Source: Deltaproteobacteria bacterium (GTDB lineage: Bacteria > Myxococcota > Kuafuiibacteriia > Kuafuiibacteriales > Kuafuiibacteriaceae). From it: a stretch of DNA of 64,000 nt. This document shows, piece by piece, positions 37,494 to 45,845 of this stretch. Below the pieces are notes generated by a model, which saw only the letters and a program-made list of their open reading frames with translations, was not told the origin of the DNA and ran no database searches. A program made the translations under genes and the position numbers. Location of the stretch: assembly GCA_040218735.1 (NCBI GenBank), contig JAVJQW010000012.1, positions 416,001 to 480,000 of the forward strand, written 5' to 3'. Numbering within the stretch: the first letter of the stretch is position 1; each line of letters begins with the position of its first letter.

Positions 37494-40441
37494 TCCGACA
37501 CCGTCAGGTACCGCCCCTGGGTCGCCTCCAACGCGGTGCCCGCCGCCGACATCAAGACGTTCGGCACGGTCCACGTCTGTCCGGTCGGCGCGACGACGGT
37601 GATCTGATAACGCCCCTCCGGCGGCCGAACCGGCGTGAGCGGATCCGAAGGACGCGCACCGAGCGCCGGGAACACCATGGAGATCGAGGTCGCGACGACC
37701 TGCGCCTGCACCTGCGTCGGATCCGCCGCCGGGAAGCCGGCCGGGACGAACTGCCCCGGGTTGATGAAGCCAGGGATCCGCACCGCGTCAGGCGCGAGGG
37801 TGAGGTTCGAAGGATCGTCGGGGTCGAGCTGCTGCGCGATCACGATCGGGTAGGTGTCCGGGTTGCCGTCGCCGTTGACGTCGTCGGCGGTGCCGTCACG
37901 GTTGCGGTCCACCCACTGCACGACGAACACACCCATCTGCGACAGCACGTCGGTGGTCACGGAGAGCGCGTCGAGCGTGACCGCGACGGAGCCCGTCGAC
38001 AGATCGAGGCGCGCGTCGGCGGGCACGAGCCCGAACACCGGACGATCCACGGGGACGGTGAGCGGCTGGACGATGGTCACGTCGATGCCCGTGACCGGCG
38101 GTCCGAGCGCCATCACCGACACGTCGAGGAGCTGCGCGGTCATCGTGTCGATGTGCCCACCGCCGACGTCACCCGCGTCCGGCTGGTTCAGCGGGTCGTA
38201 CCAGGGGACGAAGTCGTCGTCCGCGTCGAGGAACGCTCGCACCTGGTAGGTACCGGTCGCGAGCCCACCCAACGCGTAGGACGCGGTGTTGCCTGCGGCG
38301 AAGTCCTCCTTGCCGACGATCGCGATCGCGCGCGGTCGGCCGGTGCCGAGCGGCGGCGGCGGGTCGTTCGTCGCGAACGTAAACACGATGACGCTGAAGT
38401 CGTCGGCCGGCGGCGCGACGGCGAGCGTGACCGTGCCGGCGATCGCTCCGCCCGGGACGCCCGTGTCCTCGACCGTGATGTAGCGGGACTGGGTCGGGTC
38501 CGCGAGCGGCCCCCCCGCGCGACCGAGCGCGATGTCGAGATCGTTGGGCACCGACCAGGTCTGCCCGGTCGACGACAACACGTTGACGCGGTAGCGGCCC
38601 GGCGGCGGCGGCGACACCTGTTCGAGCACACCCGAAGCGTTGGCGACGAGCGCGACCGGCGGCAGCACCACGTCGAGCGTCGTCGTCGGCACGACCGACG
38701 CGCTCCCCGCGAGCGCGCTGAGGAACGGGATCGCGTTCACGATGCCGGGGATGATCGTCAACCGCGGATCGTTGGGTGCGGTGCGCGGGTCGGCGCCGTC
38801 CACCATGCGCGTCAACAACACACGCGGGAGGAGGTCCGGTGTGTTGTCCGCGTCCGCGTCGGCCTCGGTGAGGGTCACCGGGAAGATCGCGTCCTCGACG
38901 CCGACCGCCGGGACGTCGTGGGACTCGAGCCGAATCGTCGCGGGGAACGCCGTGCGTGCGAGCGAGATCTGGTCGTCGAAGGAGAACGCCGGGCGATCGA
39001 ACGGGAGCACCTGCCCGACCTGCACGACCGCCCCCGGCACGACGCCGGTCGCCACCGTGATCGGCGCGGTGCCCTGCCCGAGGACGTCACCGGCGTCGGG
39101 CTGCGCGAGTAACGAGACGAGCGGCGAGAAGTTGTCGTTGGCGTCGAGGATCGCGACGAGCAGGTACGTCGCCGGCGGCAACCCCGAGATCGCGAAGTCA
39201 GCCTCGCGGACCTGCGCACCGGCGCCGCTGAACGCGTCGCGCGGGATCGTCGCGAGCCCCACCGGGGTGCCCGTGCCGACCGGCGGCGGGGGGGTCGCGG
39301 CGTCGAACGCCACCACGTACACCTCACCCTCAGCTTCGCTGCTGACCTGAACCCGACCGCGAATGCCGCCGCCGGGCGCGGGCGGGCCTTCGATCATCGA
39401 CACGGTCTGCATTTGCGTGGCGTCGACCGGATCGTTGGGCTGCACGACGGCGAGGTCGTTCGGGACCTGCCACGTCTGCCCCGTCCCCGAGATGACGATC
39501 GTCTCGTACTCACCCGGCGGGGGCGCGGGGAGGAACGTGAGGCCGTCGGCCGTCTGCTCGACGGCGAGCGGCGGGAGCAACACGGCGAGCGTCGCGGTGG
39601 GCACCGCCGGGACGACGGACAGCGCGTCCTGGTAGGGCAGCGGATCGATGATGCCGGGGATCAGGATCGTGCCGGTCTCGCCGGGCCCGTTGATCCGCCG
39701 CAAGAGAACTTGCGGATAGAGATCCGGGAGGTGGTCACCGTTGCTGTCGTCAGGCGTCCCGTCACCGTCGACGTCGACGTACTGCACCAGGAAGCTCGTG
39801 CACTCCGGCTTCATCGTCACGTCCGTCGCCTGGATCGCGCGCGACGAGAGGACGAGGGTCTGCGGCGTCGCGTACGGCACCGTGAACGACGTCGTCGACG
39901 AGTGTGCGAAGCCGGGCCGCTCCACGGGGATGGGCAGGCCGACGCGGACGGTGATCTGCGGCGTCGCGGCGTCGTCGCGCACCTCGAGGATGCGGAACTC
40001 ACCGGCGTCGTCGACGAAGCCTCCGCCGACGTCGCCGGCGGTGGGCTGCGCGAGCAGGGGGATCGTCGGACGGAAGTCACCGTCCGCGTCCAGGAACGCC
40101 CGCACCTGATAACGCCCGCCCGGCACCGTGGGGATCGTGAACGGCGCCGCGAACAACCCTTCGCCCTGCTCTTCGACGGAGAAGAAGGCCGACTCCGGAA
40201 CGACGATGAATGACAGCGGGCTGCTCGTCCCCTCCGGCGGCGGGAGCATGTCCTCCGCGAAGAGCGTGACGATGACGTTTCCGCGCGCGGGCGCGGGCAC
40301 GCAGGGGTCGTTCGACTCGGGCTGCGACGCGACGAGCACCGTCCCGGTGATCACGCCGGCGTGCGGTTCGTACTCTTCGATGGTCGGTTCGCCGCACGAC
40401 GCGACGATGACCGTGAGGAAGGCGATGGAAGAGCGCTTCAT
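37490..40441 (-). CDS. 983-aa lipoprotein built from three ~310-aa repeats
   Basis: Lipobox VASC; three copies each of PPPxGT, LDADxDF-like, QPxAGDV, (D/E)RPxF, DxDxDxxPD-like and TGQTWxVPN. Confidence 0.85.
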   Translation of the reverse strand: MKRSSIAFLTVIVASCGEPTIEEYEPHAGVITGTVLVASQPESNDPCVPAPARGNVIVTLFAEDMLPPPEGTSSPLSFIVVPESAFFSVEEQGEGLFAAPFTIPTVPGGRYQVRAFLDADGDFRPTIPLLAQPTAGDVGGGFVDDAGEFRILEVRDDAATPQITVRVGLPIPVERPGFAHSSTTSFTVPYATPQTLVLSSRAIQATDVTMKPECTSFLVQYVDVDGDGTPDDSNGDHLPDLYPQVLLRRINGPGETGTILIPGIIDPLPYQDALSVVPAVPTATLAVLLPPLAVEQTADGLTFLPAPPPGEYETIVISGTGQTWQVPNDLAVVQPNDPVDATQMQTVSMIEGPPAPGGGIRGRVQVSSEAEGEVYVVAFDAATPPPPVGTGTPVGLATIPRDAFSGAGAQVREADFAISGLPPATYLLVAILDANDNFSPLVSLLAQPDAGDVLGQGTAPITVATGVVPGAVVQVGQVLPFDRPAFSFDDQISLARTAFPATIRLESHDVPAVGVEDAIFPVTLTEADADADNTPDLLPRVLLTRMVDGADPRTAPNDPRLTIIPGIVNAIPFLSALAGSASVVPTTTLDVVLPPVALVANASGVLEQVSPPPPGRYRVNVLSSTGQTWSVPNDLDIALGRAGGPLADPTQSRYITVEDTGVPGGAIAGTVTLAVAPPADDFSVIVFTFATNDPPPPLGTGRPRAIAIVGKEDFAAGNTASYALGGLATGTYQVRAFLDADDDFVPWYDPLNQPDAGDVGGGHIDTMTAQLLDVSVMALGPPVTGIDVTIVQPLTVPVDRPVFGLVPADARLDLSTGSVAVTLDALSVTTDVLSQMGVFVVQWVDRNRDGTADDVNGDGNPDTYPIVIAQQLDPDDPSNLTLAPDAVRIPGFINPGQFVPAGFPAADPTQVQAQVVATSISMVFPALGARPSDPLTPVRPPEGRYQITVVAPTGQTWTVPNVLMSAAGTALEATQGRYLTVSD

Positions 40442-40443
40442 GG

Positions 40444-43305
40444 CTAGAACCTCGCCGTCACCGACCCGAGGACGCGCGCCTCGAGACGGTTGGCAAACGG
40501 GTGCTCGCGGTGGCGGAGGTCACCGAAGTCGAGGAGGTTGCTCCCCGAGACGGCGATCTCCAGGTTGTCGTCGAACAGGCGGTAGCCGACGCGGCCGATC
40601 ACGAGGACGGAGGCGTCGACCGGGAGCGGGTCGGCGTTGAAGCCGGTGGGGTCGTTGGGATCGTAGTTCGGCTCGATCCAGTTCTGCGAGGAGACGAAGT
40701 GCCCCGACAAGCCGACGTCGAGGCCGATGTCCGTGCGAAGCAGGCCCCACAACGAGAACTTGTGCACGGGGGAGTCGGTGAAGCGGTCGCCGGTCTCTTC
40801 CTCGAAGATGTACTGCAGCGCGTAGTTCGCGCCGATGTCGACGCCGTCGATCGGGTAGAGGCGCGTCGACACCTCGCCGCCGAGCGCGAGGAACGCGCGC
40901 GGGTCGTTCACGTAGAAGGAGCGACCGACGACGAACGCGTTGATGTCCGGGCGAAAGGCTTCCTCCGGTCCGGTGGGGGACAGCGGCGTGCGTGTGATGA
41001 GATCCGTGACGCGGTTGAAGTACGCGACGGCTTCGACCTCGCCGAACTCCGACTGGTAGCGGTACCCGGCGTCGACGGTGACGATGCGCTCGGGGTCGAG
41101 CTCGCGGAAGCCGCCGACGAGTGTGATCGCGGCGCCGGGCGTCGGTGTGGCGGCGGAGAGGTCGAGGTACGTCTCGGCCATCGTCGGCTGGCGGAACGCG
41201 GTACCGGCGGAGAGGCGTATCGCCTGGTTCGGGGTTGGCTTGTAGATGACCGCGACGCGCGGGGAGCCGAGCGGGCCGATCAGGGGGTGGAGGTCGAGGC
41301 GCGCGGAGACGATCGTCGACAGCTCGGGAGTGATGACCCAGGAGTCCTGGAAGAACACGGCGAAGTGGTTCTCGGTCTGCTCGTCGTTCAGGTAGTCCCA
41401 GTCGATGAACTTGAAGCGGTACTCGCCGCCGAGGACGATCGCGTGTTTGCCGAACAGCTCGACCTCCGGCCGGAAGACCGGCTCGATGCTCACGAGGTCG
41501 AAGCGCACGCGCGAGCCGAGGTCGTCCGTGCCGGTGCGGTAGAACTGCGGCGCGGACTGCACGCGGAGGCGGTTCCAGAAGCTGCGGATACTCAGTAGAT
41601 CGCTGTCGTAGCCACCGCGGACGTTGTACTCCTCGCCGTCGATCGCTTGGTTCCTCAGCGACGCGACGCCGTAGAACTCGAACGACCCGGTGCGCGCGGC
41701 GCCGCCGGCGTAGAGCCGTTTGTCGCCGCCGAGGCTGTACTCGCCCTCGAGGTCGACGCGCGCCATGTCGAGCGACTTGTTCGGGTTGGTGACGTTGGTC
41801 GTGTAGTCGACGCGGTTGGGGTCGAACTCGAGGTCGTACTTGTCCGCGCGTTGGTAGGTGCCGCTGGCGCGCAGGGCGACGGGGCCTTGTTGGCCGCCGT
41901 ACTGGTACGAGGACGTGAACTGGTTGCCGTTGCCGGCCGCGACCTCGAGCGTGGAGCCCTTCACCTCCGAGGGGCGCTTGGTGATGATGTTGACGATGCC
42001 GGTGTACGCGTACGCGCCGTAGATCGCGGAGCCGGGGCCGCGGACGACCTCGATGCGCTCGATGTCGGCGAGGGAGATCGAAAGGCCGGTCCAGAGCGTG
42101 CCGCCGAGGAAGTCTTGGTAGGCGGTGCGTCCGTCGATGAGGACGAGGACCTTGTTGGCGACGCGGCGATTGAACCCGCGGACGGCGACGTTGTAGTCCG
42201 CGTACGACATCGCCATGACGTCCATACCGGGCACGCGCCGCAGGAGGTCCGGGATCGTGCGGGCGCCGGACAGGCGGATGTCTTCGTCGGTGAGGATCGT
42301 GACGGCGTTCGGTGCGTCGAGGGGGGACTGCGCGCGCCGGGACGCGGTGACGACGACGTCCTCGTAGACCTCGCCGGTCTTGGCTTCGAGGGTGACGTCG
42401 GCCTCGCCGAGCGCGACGCTCGCAGTGGTCGACAGCGGCGCCTCGCCGGCGACGGGGGTGGTTGTCAGCGGCGGCGGCGCGACCGGATCCCGGGGCGCAG
42501 CGGGCTCGGGGCGATCGAAGGCCCCCTCGGCGCGCATCCGCGCGATGATCGCCTCGGCGATGCGGTCGAGCTGCTCCCCCTCGATGCGCGCGGGCTCGGG
42601 GGCGGTGTCGGTCGGCGGTGGAGGCTCCGGATCTCGCGTGCGCCTGCGCCTCCGCTTCGGCGGCGGGGGCGGCGGCGGCGGCTCGACCCTCGCGACGGCG
42701 GCGCGCCGCGCTGCGGCGAGGCGTGCGCGCAGCTTGGTGAGCCGCGAGTTGACGCGCCTCGAGTCGCGCGGGTTGGATTCGAGGTAACGCTCGTAGGTGT
42801 CGATCGCACGACGCGTCTGGCCGGCGTCTTCGTAGGCGCGACCGATGTTGAAGAGGATGTTCGGGTGCGGGCGTTGCTCGTAGGCGCGATTCAGCAGCGC
42901 GATGCCTTCGAGGTAGCGCTTGCGTTTGATCGCGCGCATCCCGTCGTCGACGAGGCGCCGCAGCGTCTGGCGTAGCCGCAGCTCCTGCAGCGTCGACTCG
43001 ACGCGCGCGGCGTCGCGCGGGCTGGTCGCCTGGTACTTCTCGAAGTACTCGATCGCCTTCCCCACGGATCCCATCGACGCGTACGCGCGCCCGATGTTGA
43101 AGAGCACGTTCGGGTGCGGACGCACGGCGTAGGCCTTCTCGAGCTGCTCGATCCCCTCGCGGTAGCGACCGGCGTCGATGAACGCCATCCCGCGCGTGAA
43201 GTAGCGGCGCGCCTCCGCCTTGGAGTCCGCCTGCGCGTCGTCGACCGAAGCGATGAGCCCCACGAGGCACACGATCGGAACGATCCGGTTTCGGTGGCCG
43301 GCCAT
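40444..43305 (-). CDS. TonB-dependent receptor with duplicated N-terminal TPR modules
   Basis: Signal peptide; two AYxxRPHPNxLFNIGRAY modules; Pro-rich linker; EDVVVTASR; plug motifs LRRVPG, LVLIDGR, IERIEVVRGPGSAIYG; C-terminal TARF. Confidence 0.93.
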   Translation of the reverse strand: MAGHRNRIVPIVCLVGLIASVDDAQADSKAEARRYFTRGMAFIDAGRYREGIEQLEKAYAVRPHPNVLFNIGRAYASMGSVGKAIEYFEKYQATSPRDAARVESTLQELRLRQTLRRLVDDGMRAIKRKRYLEGIALLNRAYEQRPHPNILFNIGRAYEDAGQTRRAIDTYERYLESNPRDSRRVNSRLTKLRARLAAARRAAVARVEPPPPPPPPKRRRRRTRDPEPPPPTDTAPEPARIEGEQLDRIAEAIIARMRAEGAFDRPEPAAPRDPVAPPPLTTTPVAGEAPLSTTASVALGEADVTLEAKTGEVYEDVVVTASRRAQSPLDAPNAVTILTDEDIRLSGARTIPDLLRRVPGMDVMAMSYADYNVAVRGFNRRVANKVLVLIDGRTAYQDFLGGTLWTGLSISLADIERIEVVRGPGSAIYGAYAYTGIVNIITKRPSEVKGSTLEVAAGNGNQFTSSYQYGGQQGPVALRASGTYQRADKYDLEFDPNRVDYTTNVTNPNKSLDMARVDLEGEYSLGGDKRLYAGGAARTGSFEFYGVASLRNQAIDGEEYNVRGGYDSDLLSIRSFWNRLRVQSAPQFYRTGTDDLGSRVRFDLVSIEPVFRPEVELFGKHAIVLGGEYRFKFIDWDYLNDEQTENHFAVFFQDSWVITPELSTIVSARLDLHPLIGPLGSPRVAVIYKPTPNQAIRLSAGTAFRQPTMAETYLDLSAATPTPGAAITLVGGFRELDPERIVTVDAGYRYQSEFGEVEAVAYFNRVTDLITRTPLSPTGPEEAFRPDINAFVVGRSFYVNDPRAFLALGGEVSTRLYPIDGVDIGANYALQYIFEEETGDRFTDSPVHKFSLWGLLRTDIGLDVGLSGHFVSSQNWIEPNYDPNDPTGFNADPLPVDASVLVIGRVGYRLFDDNLEIAVSGSNLLDFGDLRHREHPFANRLEARVLGSVTARF

Positions 43306-43354
43306 GCGGCCCGCACTCTACAGCCCTTGCCGTTTATCGGCGACTTCTCGGGAC

Positions 43355-43708
43355 CCGAAGGCCGGCAGGCGAGCTTGCTCGCCGATAACCGGCAAGACCG
43401 GCAGGCGAGCTTGCTCGCCAACGCAAGGAGCGAAGCGACGCGCAGGGCGCCGAAGGCGACCGAAGACCGGCAGGCGAGCTTGCTCGCCAACGCAAGGAGC
43501 GAAGCGACGCGCAGGGCGCCGAAGGCGACCGAAGGCCGGCAGGCGAGCTTGCTCGCCGATAACCGGCAAGACCGGCAGGCGAGCTTGCTCGCCGATAACC
43601 GGCAAGACCGGCAGACGAGCTTGCTCGCCAACGCAAGGAGCGAAGCGACGCGCAGGGCGCCGAAGGCGACCGAAGGCCGGCAGGCGAGCTTGCTCGCCGA
43701 TAACCGGC
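43355..43708. repeat. Mosaic palindromic (REP/BIME-like) array with 7 hairpin cores
   Basis: Core GGCGAGC-TT-GCTCGCC at 43368, 43404, 43473, 43542, 43578, 43614 (one mismatch) and 43683; spacings 36, 69, 69, 36, 36, 69 bp. Confidence 0.95.
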
Positions 43709-45597
43709 TAGTACGGATTCTCTTTGTAGTCCTCGTCGCCGTTGCCGCCGGGGGGTGGGGGCGTCGCGGTCTCGGCGATGCGCACCGCGATCTCGACGTC
43801 CTTCTTGTCCAAGCGGACGCGCTCCACGGCCTCGCCGCGGCCGGGGATTTTGAACAGGAACTCGTGCGGCTCGGCGTCCGCGGCGTCGCGTGAGAACGAC
43901 AGCACCAGCGGCGTCTTGCCGAGGCTGATGCCGTGTTCGAAGACCTCGGCGCCCGACGGCTCGGACGTGAATCGCACGCGCGCCATCGGGCCGCGCTGCG
44001 GGATCGGATCGACCGGGTCGTCCACCACGGACGGCGGCGGCGTGGTCCCCTTCGAACCGTCGCGCATCAGGACGTAGCCGAGCACGCCGAGCACCATCAG
44101 GAGCGCCGTCCCGGCGAGGATCGGCGCGACCATCGCCATCTTCGTGCTGCGCCCCGACTTCCCCATCAGCACGTGGCTGCCGGTGTCCTCGGTGGTCGCC
44201 GCGATGCTGTGCTCCGAGAACGCGGCCTCGCCGTGCGCGGGGAGGTGCGGGCGCGTCTGCGGGCGCGGCATTCCGGACGTGCTGTCGTACGCCGTCGGCG
44301 TCCCGGTCGCGTGCGAAGCGCGTAGGTCGGAGAGGCGGATGTCGATGCCCGTCTCCATCGACGCGCTGATCCCCGTGATCAGACGTCGGCAATCCTTCAT
44401 GCGCGCGAGGAACGCGCTCATCGACTCGTACCGCTCCTCGCGGCGCTTCACGAGCGCGCCCATCACGAGGTGCTCGAGCTCCATCGGAGCCTCGATCCCG
44501 AGCGAGCGAAACGGCGGCACCGCTTCGTTCACGTGTTTGTAGATGACCTCGACCGACGTCCCGCCGAAGAACGGAGGTTTGCCGGTGAGCATCTGGTACA
44601 TCAACACGCCGAGCGAATAGATGTCCGTGCGCGGGTCGAGCGGTCGCCCCTGGATCTGCTCCGGCGACATGTACTTCGGCGAGCCGAGGAACATGCCCGC
44701 CTTCGTGAGCTCCCCTTCGCTCGGGTCCGGCGTGAGCGGCTCGCCCAACCCCGAGACGGCGCGGCCGTCGGCGTGGAACAGCTTCACGAGGCCGAAGTCG
44801 AGGACCTTCACGAAGTCGGCGTCGTCGCCTTCCTCGAGGAGGAGGATGTTCCCGGGTTTGAGGTCGCGGTGGATGATGCCCTTGGTGTGCGCTTCGCGGA
44901 GCGCGCGACAGATCTGCATCGCGACGTGCAGCGCGCGCTCGGGCTCGAACGGCCCCTCCGACGCGATGACCCGCGAGAGCGGCCGCCCGTTCAGGTACTC
45001 CATCGCGATGAACAGCTCGCCGGATTCGGCTTCGCCGTAGTCGAAGACGGTGATCGTGTTGGGGTGCGTGAGGCGCGCGGCGGACGCGGCCTCCAGGAAG
45101 AAGCGTCGGACGAACTGCGGATCCTTCCGCTGAAACTCCGGGTTCAGGATCTTCACCGCGACCGGTCTATTGAGTGGAAACTGCGTCGCGAGGTAGACGC
45201 GCCCCATGCCGCCCTTCCCCACGAGCCGGTCGAGGCGATAACGACCGACGAGCGTCTCCCCGATCCGGGGATCCGCGAGGGACGCCGGGGGTGGGGGTGG
45301 CACGGGGGTGTCGCGGCGAACCTCGGGTACGGGGACGATGGCCTCTTCGTCCGGCACGGACGTCATGGAGATTTCGACCGAAGGATCAGGATCAGGGGGA
45401 TACTCCGACGTCACCTTCTCGTGGGCGTTGGGCGGGCTCGACGCGATCGACGGGTCCGGCGCCTCGGGCGCCTGCAGCGCGCCCGGTGCCTCCGCGCTGC
45501 TCGCATAGACCTGCTGGCTGGGGGAGGTCACTTCCTCCTCCACCGGCTGTTCATCGAGCGCGCTCGGCGGGCGAGGGTTGTTGTCCTTCCTTCCCAT
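43708..45597 (-). CDS. Membrane Ser/Thr kinase with a periplasmic PEGA-like domain
   Basis: VGKGGMGRVY, VAVK, HRDLKPGN, VLDFG, YMSPEQ; TM helix VAPILAGTALLMVLGVLGYV; SEPSGAEV...LGKTPL; ends EDYKENPY. Confidence 0.95.
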   Translation of the reverse strand: MGRKDNNPRPPSALDEQPVEEEVTSPSQQVYASSAEAPGALQAPEAPDPSIASSPPNAHEKVTSEYPPDPDPSVEISMTSVPDEEAIVPVPEVRRDTPVPPPPPASLADPRIGETLVGRYRLDRLVGKGGMGRVYLATQFPLNRPVAVKILNPEFQRKDPQFVRRFFLEAASAARLTHPNTITVFDYGEAESGELFIAMEYLNGRPLSRVIASEGPFEPERALHVAMQICRALREAHTKGIIHRDLKPGNILLLEEGDDADFVKVLDFGLVKLFHADGRAVSGLGEPLTPDPSEGELTKAGMFLGSPKYMSPEQIQGRPLDPRTDIYSLGVLMYQMLTGKPPFFGGTSVEVIYKHVNEAVPPFRSLGIEAPMELEHLVMGALVKRREERYESMSAFLARMKDCRRLITGISASMETGIDIRLSDLRASHATGTPTAYDSTSGMPRPQTRPHLPAHGEAAFSEHSIAATTEDTGSHVLMGKSGRSTKMAMVAPILAGTALLMVLGVLGYVLMRDGSKGTTPPPSVVDDPVDPIPQRGPMARVRFTSEPSGAEVFEHGISLGKTPLVLSFSRDAADAEPHEFLFKIPGRGEAVERVRLDKKDVEIAVRIAETATPPPPGGNGDEDYKENPY

Positions 45598-45845
45598 GAC
45601 CGCGGGGGGCTGATGTCCGACACTGGCACGGGTACGCCAGGTCCGCAATTGATCGGACCGCGAGATCCCCGAAAGCCTGGGGCCCCGCCGCCACCTGTCC
45701 GGTTGACTCCCCCACCCGCGACGGCCTACCTCAGCGACCCATGGCGCGCGTAGTAACTCAGAATCTCCCTACTACAGTCGAGACCCGCGACGCCGTGGTT
45801 GCCAACCTCGCCCTCGATCGGCTTTAGGCCGGCCCGGATTCCACC

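Noticed and set aside
40444-43305. This receptor as the BtuB partner of the riboswitch genes
   Set aside because: It is about 23 kb away, has no riboswitch upstream and belongs to a different operon; its substrate cannot be read from sequence.
43355-43708. Possible CRISPR array
   Set aside because: The intervening sequences are two recurring linkers, not unique spacers, and no cas genes are in the window.
42891-44392. ORFs with peptide repeats across the mosaic array (e.g. RQASLLADN)
   Set aside because: They stay open because unit lengths are multiples of 3; they overlap real genes and no RBS support is evident.
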